From an uncultured virus (IMG/VR IMGVR_UViG_3300020234_000071) (taxonomy: Duplodnaviria; Heunggongvirae; Uroviricota; Caudoviricetes), in the IMG/VR virus record IMGVR_UViG_3300020234_000071: 64,000 nucleotides of DNA, one strand, 5' to 3'. The position numbers and the translations under genes were made by a program. How positions within the stretch are numbered: the first letter of the stretch is position 1; every line of letters begins with the position of its first letter. Of the stretch, positions 17,740 to 27,615 are shown piece after piece. Below the pieces are notes generated by a model that was given only the letters and a program-made list of their open reading frames with translations, was not told the origin of the DNA and made no database searches.

Positions 17740-19674
17740 GTGAATTTAATTAATCTTTTTACATCAGGACAAATTGTTTCCAAGTCTACTGTTAATAGTA
17801 ACGGTGGCAAAGGTCACAACCTGATTGAAATGAAAAAGGATGGGCTTAACGTGCCTACTGGTCTGGTTATACCCACTGAGGTTTGTAACCAATACCGCAA
17901 ATCAAATGATGTTGGTAAGGCTCTGATACTTGATCAAGTAATTGATGCAGTTATGGATGCCTTGGACAAACACATCTATCCTGAGTCTGTTCACAAACTT
18001 GTTTCTATCCGTTCCGGTGCGCCAATTTCAATGCCGGGAATGATGGATACCCTTCTGAATGTTGGGGCAGGTTACGAAGACTCTGGATTAGCATCTGACC
18101 TTAAAGCCGATTGTCGTAGACGTTTTGTTGAAATGTATGCGGATGTTGTTATGGGTCACGAAGGAAAAATTAAAGACCCTGTTAAATGGATGAAGACAAT
18201 CAAAAAACACATTCCTGAATTGCAGGATGTTATCCGTAATTCAATTGAAGCAGTTTGGAAATCTTTTGATAATGAGCGTTGTACTCACTATAGAAAGATG
18301 AACAAAATTCCTAACGATATGGGAACTGCTGTAATTATTCAGTCTATGGTTTTTGGAAACTTCAATGATAATTCTGGTTCAGGAGTTATGTTTACTCGTA
18401 ACCCTGATTCTGGTGCGAACAAAATCTTTGGAGACTTCCTTACCAATTGTCAGGGTGAAGATGTTGTTGCGGGTCATATCACTGCCCCCCCGATTTCTGA
18501 AATGAAAAAATGGAACATCGATCTTTATAATGACCTGATCAAAATTGGTGAAGGGCTTGAAAAGAAAAATAAGGATATGCAGGAAATTGAATTCACTATT
18601 GAAGATGGTGAACTGTTTATTCTTCAGACTCGTAATGGTCTGCGGTCTTCGTATGCAGAAATCAGGATTGCTCTTGATCTTCTGGATGAAGGAATCATTG
18701 AAGAGTTGGGTGAAAGAATAACTGATGGGACTTTTATGAAACTTAGGGTTCCTGTTCTTCCCGCTGATTTCAAAAAGAAAGCCATTGCAAAAGGTATTGG
18801 TTCGGGTTACTTCGCTACAGGTAAAGCTGCTTTTTCTGTTAAGGAAGTTATGGATTCTAATGAGCCTACAATTTTGGTTGCTGAAGAAACTACCCCTGAT
18901 GATATTAAGGCAATGGAAAAAGCTGAAGGCATTTTGACCTTCAGGGGTTCAGCTACTTGTCACGCTGCTGTTGTCGCAAGGGGAATGAACAAGCCTTGTG
19001 TTGTGGGTTGTGTTGATGTTGAAGCTGCTTTTGCAGATGCTTCTAATATCTCTAGCAATACTTATGTTTTGATTGATGGTCAAACTGGTGAAGTCTATTT
19101 ATCTGATAAGCCTTTTGATCTTGATTTTTCAACCAACATTCCTGTTGAACTTTTGGGCAGTCTTTTTGAAGTTGCCATTACTCAAGATGATTGGATTATG
19201 GTTGATAACTATGAAGAAGCTTTGAGCCTTGAAGATTACATTTATAAAATTGGGGTTCCCGTTGAAGGTCTGAGTTCTGAAGAACTGGTTTATCTTGCTG
19301 ATCTTTTTGACAAGGTTGTACTTATTAATCCTGAGCGCAATGATAAGGTCAGTGATTTTCTTGGTACTCCTAATCCTGTGGCTATGGAAACAGCCCGTGA
19401 ATTGGATGAAACCATTTGTAATAATCCTGCAATGACCAACGTGTTTTTTGATTCAGGAACTTGGGTCACTGAGCAAGTTGCGAAACCTTATCGGACTATG
19501 GCAGATGTTATGAACCCTGATTTTATTGGATACATTGAAAAGGATTTTATAGATACTGTTATGGGTGATGCTGATACTTTTGAAAAAATCAGTGAACAGT
19601 TAGGATTATCTGCACGGGTTGTTGCAATGGAAAGTGCATTAGGTCTTCTCGAAAAACGAATTAATATAGGTTAG
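17740..19674 (+). CDS. PPDK-like dikinase: ATP-grasp plus phospho-His swivel domains, lacking the pyruvate-binding barrel
   Basis: GGKG.NL, LVSIRSGA..SMPGMMDT.LN, QSMVFGN, GEDVVAG, EFTIE.G.LF.LQTR, ETTPDDI, TCHAAVVAR. Confidence 0.88.
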   Translation: MNLINLFTSGQIVSKSTVNSNGGKGHNLIEMKKDGLNVPTGLVIPTEVCNQYRKSNDVGKALILDQVIDAVMDALDKHIYPESVHKLVSIRSGAPISMPGMMDTLLNVGAGYEDSGLASDLKADCRRRFVEMYADVVMGHEGKIKDPVKWMKTIKKHIPELQDVIRNSIEAVWKSFDNERCTHYRKMNKIPNDMGTAVIIQSMVFGNFNDNSGSGVMFTRNPDSGANKIFGDFLTNCQGEDVVAGHITAPPISEMKKWNIDLYNDLIKIGEGLEKKNKDMQEIEFTIEDGELFILQTRNGLRSSYAEIRIALDLLDEGIIEELGERITDGTFMKLRVPVLPADFKKKAIAKGIGSGYFATGKAAFSVKEVMDSNEPTILVAEETTPDDIKAMEKAEGILTFRGSATCHAAVVARGMNKPCVVGCVDVEAAFADASNISSNTYVLIDGQTGEVYLSDKPFDLDFSTNIPVELLGSLFEVAITQDDWIMVDNYEEALSLEDYIYKIGVPVEGLSSEELVYLADLFDKVVLINPERNDKVSDFLGTPNPVAMETARELDETICNNPAMTNVFFDSGTWVTEQVAKPYRTMADVMNPDFIGYIEKDFIDTVMGDADTFEKISEQLGLSARVVAMESALGLLEKRINIG

Positions 19675-19678
19675 ACTC

Positions 19679-20104
19679 ATGACACTTTTTTTGATGATAG
19701 CCTATCTTATGGGATTAACCTGCCCCAAATGTGGGGGTTTATCTTGGATTAAGTTTGAAGAAGATTCAGTTGTACAACATTGTGTTTGTGGATTGAATAG
19801 GTTTCTGTACCTTAAAATAGATGGTACTACCCTTACCAGAGTACCCGTTAAATTAAATACGGTGGTGTTGCCTGTCAGGGGAAGTCAGCTTTCACAGATT
19901 TTAGGTTGCTTGGTTTTGTTGGGTCAATTAACTTCCCAACAGATTGCTAGGCAATTGAGTATCACGGTAGACAAGGCAACAACCAATCTTTCTATTTTGC
20001 GGAAGCGGGGATTGATAACAGCTTTGGAAGATCGTAAAGGCAGGTTGGGGGGTTCCTTGTGGATTACTCATGCTGTGGTAATTAAAAAATGGAACGGGGG
20101 ATAA
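19679..20104 (+). CDS. Zn-ribbon plus winged-helix protein (candidate transcription regulator)
   Basis: CPKC..CVC; TSQQIARQL.I......NLS.LRKRGLI. Confidence 0.65.
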   Translation: MTLFLMIAYLMGLTCPKCGGLSWIKFEEDSVVQHCVCGLNRFLYLKIDGTTLTRVPVKLNTVVLPVRGSQLSQILGCLVLLGQLTSQQIARQLSITVDKATTNLSILRKRGLITALEDRKGRLGGSLWITHAVVIKKWNGG

Positions 20105-20107
20105 GAC

Positions 20108-20395
20108 ATGGCTTTAGTTCTTGGAATGAATTTAGAAAAGGATAATGAAATCTGGGTGGGTGATTTATTGATAACATTGGATAAGATTTTAAATCCTACC
20201 CAAACTCAAATTACAGTTCATGGTAGATTTTTGACTGAACAAAAAGTGATAAATAATATGAGCTATGTTGGTATTACTACCGATGTCAAAATGATGTTAG
20301 GAACAGATACAAACAGGGATGGTTTTTGTAGGGTGTTGGTTGAAGCCCCGAGAAGTATTACAATTAACCGTGGGCAGAAAAAACGTAACGGGTAA
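20108..20395 (+). CDS. CsrA/RsmA-like RNA-binding protein (extended)
   Basis: MALVL....D.EI.VGD.LI N-terminus and RVLVEAPRSITINR C-terminus resemble CsrA strands. Confidence 0.5.
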   Translation: MALVLGMNLEKDNEIWVGDLLITLDKILNPTQTQITVHGRFLTEQKVINNMSYVGITTDVKMMLGTDTNRDGFCRVLVEAPRSITINRGQKKRNG

Positions 20396-20398
20396 ATC

Positions 20399-20884
20399 AT
20401 GTTGCACAAATTTAGCAAGGGAGCCAAAGAAGATTTGTTGGCTTTGCACAATGAACATACTTATGCAGATGTAGTTTCTTACATCAGGAATGGAAGCCCC
20501 TGTGATCATAAAGTAGGGAACCTAAGATTCAACAATATTGTTGTTGATCGAAATGATAGGGAAATTGTTGGGGTGACACTTTTTCATTTGGATAGGTATG
20601 CACGGTATTTTAATTTTAGTTGTAACGTGTGTTTTGATTCACACACAATTGAAGTGGGAGACCCTTGTAGCTTTTGTGATGGGGCAGGATGTAAAGACTG
20701 TAAGGAAGGGTTGGATTTTAAATTAATAGCTTGTCCAAATTGTACAGCTAAACAAATTGAAGGGGATAGAAATGAATGGTCAGATAGAAACAAAATTGTT
20801 AGGGCGCAAAGTCACGGTAATGGGAGGCCCATACCGAGAAAAGCCCGTGGGTATCAAAGGCGTAAAACTCGCATCCGAAATTAA
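20399..20884 (+). CDS. Cys-rich hypothetical protein (DnaJ-like CxxCxGxG)
   Basis: CSFCDGAGCKDC. Confidence 0.55.
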   Translation: MLHKFSKGAKEDLLALHNEHTYADVVSYIRNGSPCDHKVGNLRFNNIVVDRNDREIVGVTLFHLDRYARYFNFSCNVCFDSHTIEVGDPCSFCDGAGCKDCKEGLDFKLIACPNCTAKQIEGDRNEWSDRNKIVRAQSHGNGRPIPRKARGYQRRKTRIRN

Positions 20885-21302
20885 TGCGGGTTGTGCTGTT
20901 CGGTTAGATATTCCTGATTTTGGAATTCCCACAGTACATGCAGTTGATGATGCTATTTACCATACTTTAAAAATTCTGTGTGAAGATGGGGTGATCTATC
21001 TTGGGTGCATGGGTGGCATTGGCAGAACAGGAATGTTCATGGCTCTGCTGATTAAGACAATTGGTATTCTAAATATACAAGCTGAAGAAAAAACCCTGTG
21101 GTACAAGATCAAGAATTTCTTGGGCTATGCCGTTTCACCCTATTTGGGAATGAGAAATTTCCCTGTGGAATGGGTGCGGGATGAATACCTTTCCACTGCG
21201 GTTGAAACTGATGAACAATATTCTTTTGTCAGTCATTATGACCCAACAGAAATGTTGGATATTCGTGATCGAATTTCTAATTGTATGGAAAGTGTCAGGT
21301 AA
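20772..21302 (+). CDS. Protein-tyrosine/dual-specificity phosphatase-like
   Basis: IPDF acid loop, CMGGIGRTG (CX5R), AVET..Q. Confidence 0.85.
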   Translation: MNGQIETKLLGRKVTVMGGPYREKPVGIKGVKLASEINAGCAVRLDIPDFGIPTVHAVDDAIYHTLKILCEDGVIYLGCMGGIGRTGMFMALLIKTIGILNIQAEEKTLWYKIKNFLGYAVSPYLGMRNFPVEWVRDEYLSTAVETDEQYSFVSHYDPTEMLDIRDRISNCMESVR

Positions 21303-21403
21303 ATTAATTTGATATTAAGGTCAAATAAATTGACAAATAATTTTTACCTGTGTTATACTTAGAGTATAGAAATTAAATGTCATCAAATTTTAGGAGAGAC
21401 CTG

Positions 21404-21553
21404 ATGCCAACTCACGAAGAAATAGAAGCATTCATTATGAAGTCTGAAGCTCATGAATTATATGAGCACTACGAAGCAGTTGATGCGGCTGAAGAAGCTG
21501 CTGATGCTCAAGCTGCTGCGTATGAACTTGATCATTTTGCGTATCACAACTAG
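21404..21553 (+). CDS. Small highly acidic protein (49 aa), absent from the ORF track
   Basis: MPTHEEIEAF...AYELDHFAYHN after the promoter at 21330 and AGGAG. Confidence 0.6.
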   Translation: MPTHEEIEAFIMKSEAHELYEHYEAVDAAEEAADAQAAAYELDHFAYHN

Positions 21554-21561
21554 GAGGTTTT

Positions 21562-22572
21562 ATGATTCTCAGAGAAGTAAAAAATTCAATGCTCTTTAAA
21601 GCTTGTGAATACAGCAAGCAGAAAATGAGTATGGAAAAATTTATTTCCGTTAATAACGGGACAATGGTTCAACCTGAAGAAGATGTTATCGGGTTCTATC
21701 TTGGTGCTCACGTTATGGGTGTCGTTGAATCTAAATATGGGGTTGATACTGAACTTCCTGAAGACGTTGAAGAATTGGTTAGAACCCATCATACAAATAT
21801 GGAAAATGTTTTTTTCCGTATCTTCACTTATATCCTTTTAATTTCCATTGGCGAATCCCGTCACGGAAAAATTAGTTCCAAAACTGCAACCATCGATAAA
21901 CAATATGGTAGTGATGTCAGAAATTTTGGAACCACCATCAACGGTAAGAAAAATCGCTCAGGGTCAAGAAACGAATTTCTGAATTCTGAGAGAGACCTTC
22001 TGGATTTCTCCCGCTATTGTGATTGGATGTTTGTGCATTGTTTTGTAGGGATGGGTTCTTACGGTGGGCAAAAATGGAAAAACATTAGCCAGAAAATTAC
22101 TCAAGTTCTGGAAGGCGAAATTTCACCTTTCACTATGGTTGATATTGCGTGGGCTTTGGTTCACAACACAGGTTCAATCTTTAACAAGAACACAATTTAT
22201 CATCATGAAATTCATGGTGCGGGATTGACTCAATTGCTTGATATGCAACGTGGGGGTGCTATCCCTTCTTTGATCATGCATCTTGATAAATATAATTCTG
22301 AGTGTTCAGGATTCTCTATTAACGTCAATCTAATAAATAACTTTAAAGATGCGGTTACTTCTGCTGCTAAAGTTTTGGGTGAAGATTTTTATTCTTATGT
22401 TTCTCCTTCTGCTATTAATGAAGCGGGGGCATTATCGACAAGCACATTTAAGAAAGCGAAAACTGCCAAGCCTTCTGAAACTGAAAAAGGTGAAGCAACA
22501 GACTTTGAAATAGATGGTCTGATTGACTTGGGCGTTATGAAGATTCAAACCCTAAAACGGAAGGGGGCATAA
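21562..22572 (+). CDS. Hypothetical protein (YGG.KW..I, HNTGSIFNK motifs)
   Basis: 336-aa ORF with AGGAGG. Confidence 0.7.
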   Translation: MILREVKNSMLFKACEYSKQKMSMEKFISVNNGTMVQPEEDVIGFYLGAHVMGVVESKYGVDTELPEDVEELVRTHHTNMENVFFRIFTYILLISIGESRHGKISSKTATIDKQYGSDVRNFGTTINGKKNRSGSRNEFLNSERDLLDFSRYCDWMFVHCFVGMGSYGGQKWKNISQKITQVLEGEISPFTMVDIAWALVHNTGSIFNKNTIYHHEIHGAGLTQLLDMQRGGAIPSLIMHLDKYNSECSGFSINVNLINNFKDAVTSAAKVLGEDFYSYVSPSAINEAGALSTSTFKKAKTAKPSETEKGEATDFEIDGLIDLGVMKIQTLKRKGA

Positions 22573-22573
22573 T

Positions 22574-23260
22574 ATGTCTAAAGTAGCTGACCTATGGAAA
22601 AATAAAGGTTCCTCCAAAAAAGGAAACAACTTTAAGAAACATGTTTCTTGTTGGACTACCCACCCTGTTTATAAAATAGGTGATTATGAAATTACTGGTG
22701 GAAGCTGTACCAGTAGTTACCCTGATGTGGATTTGTTTATTGCTTTGGATAGTTCGGGCAAAAAAGGTAAACGGTCTTACCCGTGGAATGATGGGGTAGA
22801 TATTTATTTTAAAATCGCAGATATGGGCGTACCTAAAGATTTAAAGGATTTCAAAAAACTTCTGTCTTACACTGCTAAGGCAATGAAGGCAGGGAAGAAA
22901 GTTTTTGTGGGTTGTATCGGTGGGCATGGTCGAACAGGTTTGTTCCTTGCTGCCCTGACTAAAGTTATGATTGGGGATGAAGATGCAACTAATACAGTGC
23001 GGGAAAATTATTGTCACAAGGCTGTTGAATCGAAGGAACAGATTGATTGGTTGAACAAGCATTTTGGAATTAAAAAAGTCAAAGGCACTAAAACTAGTTT
23101 TAAATCAGTGTGGGGCAATGATGCAAAAACAAGTTCATCCCCTAGTTATGCTTGGGGAACTGATTTGACTGAAGATTGGATTACGGGGAAGGTAACGGAT
23201 AACAAGTCCCAAAAATATTTATGTGCTAAAGGCACTTCACTAATCGTAAATAATGATTGA
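22574..23260 (+). CDS. Second protein-tyrosine/dual-specificity phosphatase-like protein
   Basis: IADMGVP, CIGGHGRTG (CX5R), AVES..Q. Confidence 0.85.
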   Translation: MSKVADLWKNKGSSKKGNNFKKHVSCWTTHPVYKIGDYEITGGSCTSSYPDVDLFIALDSSGKKGKRSYPWNDGVDIYFKIADMGVPKDLKDFKKLLSYTAKAMKAGKKVFVGCIGGHGRTGLFLAALTKVMIGDEDATNTVRENYCHKAVESKEQIDWLNKHFGIKKVKGTKTSFKSVWGNDAKTSSSPSYAWGTDLTEDWITGKVTDNKSQKYLCAKGTSLIVNND

Positions 23261-23284
23261 CAAATACTTTAGACTCGTGTTAAG

Positions 23285-24628
23285 ATGGGTCTTGAACTAG
23301 GAGGTTATATGCTACAAATTCAGAAACCAGAGTTAGAAATTGAAGAGGTTGTAATTCCGATTCCGCTTCGTGCGGCTCTGCAAGATATTCTTGTTACCAA
23401 AATCAGTACACAATCCATTAATAAATTATTGGGTAAAAGTGGTATTGAAGTTTTGAAGTCAAAGAAAAAGAAATTTGATTTATTTGTTTCTAAGGATAAA
23501 TCTTCGTTTCATATTGGTGGGGATGTTGTTGTAACCTACTTACCTGCTGAACTTCATTTCATGGAAAAAGGTAATCTGATTCGATCTGCAATTTTATTTC
23601 ATTTGGGTATCGACACAGCTTTAGATTCATTTACTGATTCTAATGATTCTGTTATTGGTAATGAGAATATATTTGATTCGGTAGGCCCGATTACAGGTGG
23701 AAGTATGGCACACAAAAAGATTAATGAAGAACTTACGGGTATTACATCTGTTCCTTTTTTGAAGGATGCAACAGAATTTTATGAGCCTGTAAAATCGACT
23801 ACCCCAGAATCCCGTTATGTTTTTATTGCACGGGAAAAGAATGGCTCTGGAAAACTTGCTATAAGGTTGCGCGGTACTAAATGTTCTATTCGGATTGAAC
23901 CTTATTCTGATTCCATAGCGGGAGACATTCTGATGCTTGGACTCAGCAACAATGGAGACTATGCTTCAGGTCATTTTGATATGTCAGGTAATCTTGCATT
24001 GAAAAGGTATATGGCAATGTTAGTTGCTAGTCTTTTAAATTGGGAAGTTGCCAAGTTCGATGAAGACAAAATTAGAAAGCTTGGTGTGTAATGGCTAAGA
24101 AATCCAAACAGTCAACCAAAAAAAATACATCCCCGTATTCTGCACAGTGGTTGCTTGGTAGTGATACTTCTTTGGTGGTGGTGAGTACCACAGAGAAATC
24201 AGTAACCCTAGAAGTTGCGGGTGTCTCTCTGGGTAGACATTTTGGGGAGGTCATACGTGAATATAAGCCAAGCTAATTTATACGAAATTTTAGATGCCTT
24301 TGAAATTAATGCGAAGGTAGGAGAGAACGGGGTATTTAAAATTCTGAATCCCCTGATTATCAAAACTGATTTTGTTAAAGCTGAAGTCAGAATACAGGGG
24401 CTTTACATTTTTGAAAGTGACATGATGATGTATGCAGTAATGCATATTTCTGATCTTGGGATTATTGCTCATGCTTCGAATGGTTCTCTGAAAAAGATTT
24501 GTTTGATTGATTTCAGTAATCCAACTGCTAAGGGATATTTTGATAGCAAAGATTTTGATGCTTTGCTTACCCATCTTACTCAAGATAAATGGGAATCTGA
24601 TTTTGTGATAGACACTATTTTAATCTAG
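23285..24628 (+). other. Three hypothetical CDSs (23285-24091, 24091-24276, ~24257-24628)
   Basis: Contiguous ORFs leading into the DNA polymerase gene. Confidence 0.6.
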
Positions 24629-24633
24629 AGATA

Positions 24634-26958
24634 ATGCTAAAAATTTGGTCTAGGTCTGAGCATCCAGAATTAATCAAAGAGTTGGATGTACTAAAGAAGG
24701 GGGGTAATTATTCCTTCCCTTCTGGCTATGCAGTTCCCAATTTACAGGCTGATGATATTCTTCTTTGCATGGGTGGGGATAACCTACAAGCAATTCAACA
24801 GGCAGGACATCTACCCAAAAACAGAACCATAACTTCAATGCGAGAGAAAGCACATCCATTGGGGGAGGGGTTTTGCTTTATCACATTTGATATTGACATC
24901 AAAGATTTCGATTACACCAACTATGTAAAACTCCAAACTGATATTTCTTTGACCAAAAGATTTATCGATACCGGAAGCTTAGAACCTGTCTATGGAAAAT
25001 ATGTTTGGGCAGATACTTTAAGTCATTTGCCTGAGCAGGTAAATGAGAAGTATAACCAAACTGGTAAACGTGTTCGGGTTGCAATGGATTTAGAAACCGT
25101 AGGACTTGACCCCTTTAAGTCTGAAAAATTTATTGTCAGTATTTCATTCTCAATTGAAGAAGGGTTTTCTGATCTGATCAGGTTTAGTGGGGTGAATGAC
25201 CAACCCGCTAAAACTTCTGAATTGTGGGATGTTATAAATTGGCTTCTGAATGATGACAGGATTTCCCTGATCGGAGCAAATCTTAAATATGATCTACTGT
25301 GGATTCGGGTGAAGTGGCAAATTTTTTGCACCAATTTTAAAATGGATACAACTTTGGTGGGTTCCCTTCTAGATGAAAATCGAAGTAACTCTTTGAACAC
25401 TCACACCAAAATTTATGTTCCTGCATTGGGCGGGTACGATGATTCGTTTAATCTGGAATATGATAAAGCCCGAATGGATTTAGTTCCTGATGAACCACTG
25501 TTGAAATATGCGGGGGGTGATACAGATGCAACTTTACGGGTTGCAAATCAGATGTTGAAGAAACTGACTACTTCTGAATCCCAGACTAAATTTTATACTC
25601 ACCTTCTTCATCCTGCTTGCCGTGCATTTGAAGATATGGAGTTTAATGGAATTCATATTGATGTAGCTAAGTTTGCCGAATTGCAGGTTGAACTTTTTTC
25701 GGAAATGAAAAGGCTGACTGAAGAAGCAAAAGCTTTGATGCCTAGAAGACTGCTAAATAAATACGGGGATGATTTCTCACTAACCAAATCGGCAATCATA
25801 AAAGATTTTATGTTTGCACATCCTAATGGGTTGAAGCTTGAACCCAAAATGGTGACAGAAAAAACCAAGCAACCTAGCACATCATTCGATCACTTAAAAA
25901 TGTTTGAGGATGTACCAGAAGCAGTTGAGTTTGTGAAAATATTTAAGGCATGGAATTCTGCGAAGAAAACAGAATCAACTTATATCACTGGATTCCTGAA
26001 ACATTTGCGGGAAGATGGGTTGCTTCATCCAACAGCGATTTTGTATCGGGGGGATTACGGGGGCAGTGCTGATGACTCTGGAACAGTAACGGGGAGACTG
26101 TCATTTAAAGACCCTGCAATGCAGACGTTATCCAAGCATACTATCTGGGCAAAGAAATTAAGACTTGCCTATCCTGCCCCTGAAGGCTACTGCATTGTGA
26201 ATTGGGATTATTCACAAGGGGAACTTCGGGTAATCGCTTGCGTAGCAAATGAACCCACAATGATTCAAGCCTATCATGATGGAATCGATATGCACTTGAA
26301 AACAGGTGCGGAGTTGAACGGGTACACCTTAGCGGAAGCCCTGAGAATGAAAGCAGGGGGGCATGAAGATATTGCGGCAATCAGGCAGGGGGGCAAGGCA
26401 GGAAACTTTGGATTGATCTATGGAATTTTCCCAGAAGGATTTGTTGAATATGCGCGGAACACTTTTGGGGTGATTGTTTCAATCGAAGAAGCCACAGTTC
26501 AGCGGGAGCAATTTTTTGAAATGTATCCTGAACTGGTAACTTACCATGCGAAATATAAAGCACATGCTCATGAAACTGGTTATGTTCAATCTCCGTTAGG
26601 CAGGGTCAGACATCTACCGCTGATCAATTCCAAAAACTTTTCTATTATGTTGAAGGCTGAAAGACAGGCAATCAATTCCCCAATTCAATCTACCCTGTCT
26701 GATCTTTCGTGTTTGGCTTTTGCGCTATTCAGACAGAAGCATGGTAATCCTAATGGGTGCAAGTTCTTTGCAATGACTCACGATTCTATGACTGCCTACG
26801 TTCTCATTAAGGAACGTGATTATTGGATTCCCGAAATGAAAAACATTATGGAGAATCTACCACTGGAAGAATATTTCAATTGGTGTCCACAGCTTCCGTT
26901 TCTGGTTGACGTTGAAACAGGTTCGAATCTTGGAGCATTGGAAGAAATCAGGGTTTAA
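24634..26958 (+). CDS. polA: DNA polymerase family A with 3'-5' exonuclease
   Basis: DLETVG, NLKYD, YAGGD (exonuclease); TVTGRLS, DYSQGELR, KAGNFGLIYG, HDS (polymerase). Confidence 0.95.
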   Translation: MLKIWSRSEHPELIKELDVLKKGGNYSFPSGYAVPNLQADDILLCMGGDNLQAIQQAGHLPKNRTITSMREKAHPLGEGFCFITFDIDIKDFDYTNYVKLQTDISLTKRFIDTGSLEPVYGKYVWADTLSHLPEQVNEKYNQTGKRVRVAMDLETVGLDPFKSEKFIVSISFSIEEGFSDLIRFSGVNDQPAKTSELWDVINWLLNDDRISLIGANLKYDLLWIRVKWQIFCTNFKMDTTLVGSLLDENRSNSLNTHTKIYVPALGGYDDSFNLEYDKARMDLVPDEPLLKYAGGDTDATLRVANQMLKKLTTSESQTKFYTHLLHPACRAFEDMEFNGIHIDVAKFAELQVELFSEMKRLTEEAKALMPRRLLNKYGDDFSLTKSAIIKDFMFAHPNGLKLEPKMVTEKTKQPSTSFDHLKMFEDVPEAVEFVKIFKAWNSAKKTESTYITGFLKHLREDGLLHPTAILYRGDYGGSADDSGTVTGRLSFKDPAMQTLSKHTIWAKKLRLAYPAPEGYCIVNWDYSQGELRVIACVANEPTMIQAYHDGIDMHLKTGAELNGYTLAEALRMKAGGHEDIAAIRQGGKAGNFGLIYGIFPEGFVEYARNTFGVIVSIEEATVQREQFFEMYPELVTYHAKYKAHAHETGYVQSPLGRVRHLPLINSKNFSIMLKAERQAINSPIQSTLSDLSCLAFALFRQKHGNPNGCKFFAMTHDSMTAYVLIKERDYWIPEMKNIMENLPLEEYFNWCPQLPFLVDVETGSNLGALEEIRV

Positions 26959-27045
26959 AATAAATGTAAATAAGTGCAAATAATCCTGACAAATAATTCT
27001 AGCTGTGCTATACTTAAGGTATACAAACAAACAAGGAAACACGAA

Positions 27046-27558
27046 ATGGCTTATATGTCCCAAGAAAATAAAAAAGCACTGGCTCCCCAGATCAAAGCTG
27101 TACTGAAAAAGTACAACATGAAGGGAACCATTGGTGTTCGGCACTATAGCACTTTAGTAGTTAATGTTAAATCTGGTGCTCTTGACATAATCGGTAACAT
27201 GATGGAAAACATTCCTGTAGATCATTTCTATACTGAGAATGCAGTTACCCCTACTAGCATCCAAGTTAATACTTACCACATTGGTAGTTCTTACACAGGT
27301 AAGGTTGCTGACTTCCTGACTGAACTTAAAGATGCAATGATGAGCACTGAAGATGGTTCGGTTGCCAATCATGACAACTCTGACATCATGACTGACTACT
27401 TTGATGTTGGTTGGTATATAGACATCAATGTTGGAAAATATGACAAGCCTTATGAACTTACTGGTAAGGTTGTCAAATTGAATGTTAAGAAGGCTGACAC
27501 TCCGAAAGTTGAAGTTGACCTTTGGGCTGAGCATCTTGAGACTCACGGTAGTTTTTAA
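27046..27558 (+). CDS. Conserved-type phage early protein with its own promoter and terminator
   Basis: MAYMSQE.KK...DNSDIMTDYFDVGWY; start after the ACACGAA leader. Confidence 0.7.
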   Translation: MAYMSQENKKALAPQIKAVLKKYNMKGTIGVRHYSTLVVNVKSGALDIIGNMMENIPVDHFYTENAVTPTSIQVNTYHIGSSYTGKVADFLTELKDAMMSTEDGSVANHDNSDIMTDYFDVGWYIDINVGKYDKPYELTGKVVKLNVKKADTPKVEVDLWAEHLETHGSF

Positions 27559-27563
27559 TCACT

Positions 27564-27583
27564 AGCCCCTTCGGGGGCTTTTT
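27564..27583 (+). terminator. Intrinsic terminator
   Basis: AGCCCC-TTCG-GGGGCT-TTTT. Confidence 0.85.
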
Positions 27584-27615
27584 GATCTTAGTATCAAACA
27601 TCGACTTAGGAAAGA

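Noticed and set aside
17740..19674. Functional pyruvate phosphate dikinase (ppdK) metabolic gene
   Set aside because: The C-terminal pyruvate-binding barrel is not recognisable, so no gene symbol was assigned
24634..26958. Intron or intein in the DNA polymerase
   Set aside because: The ORF is continuous with normal motif spacing
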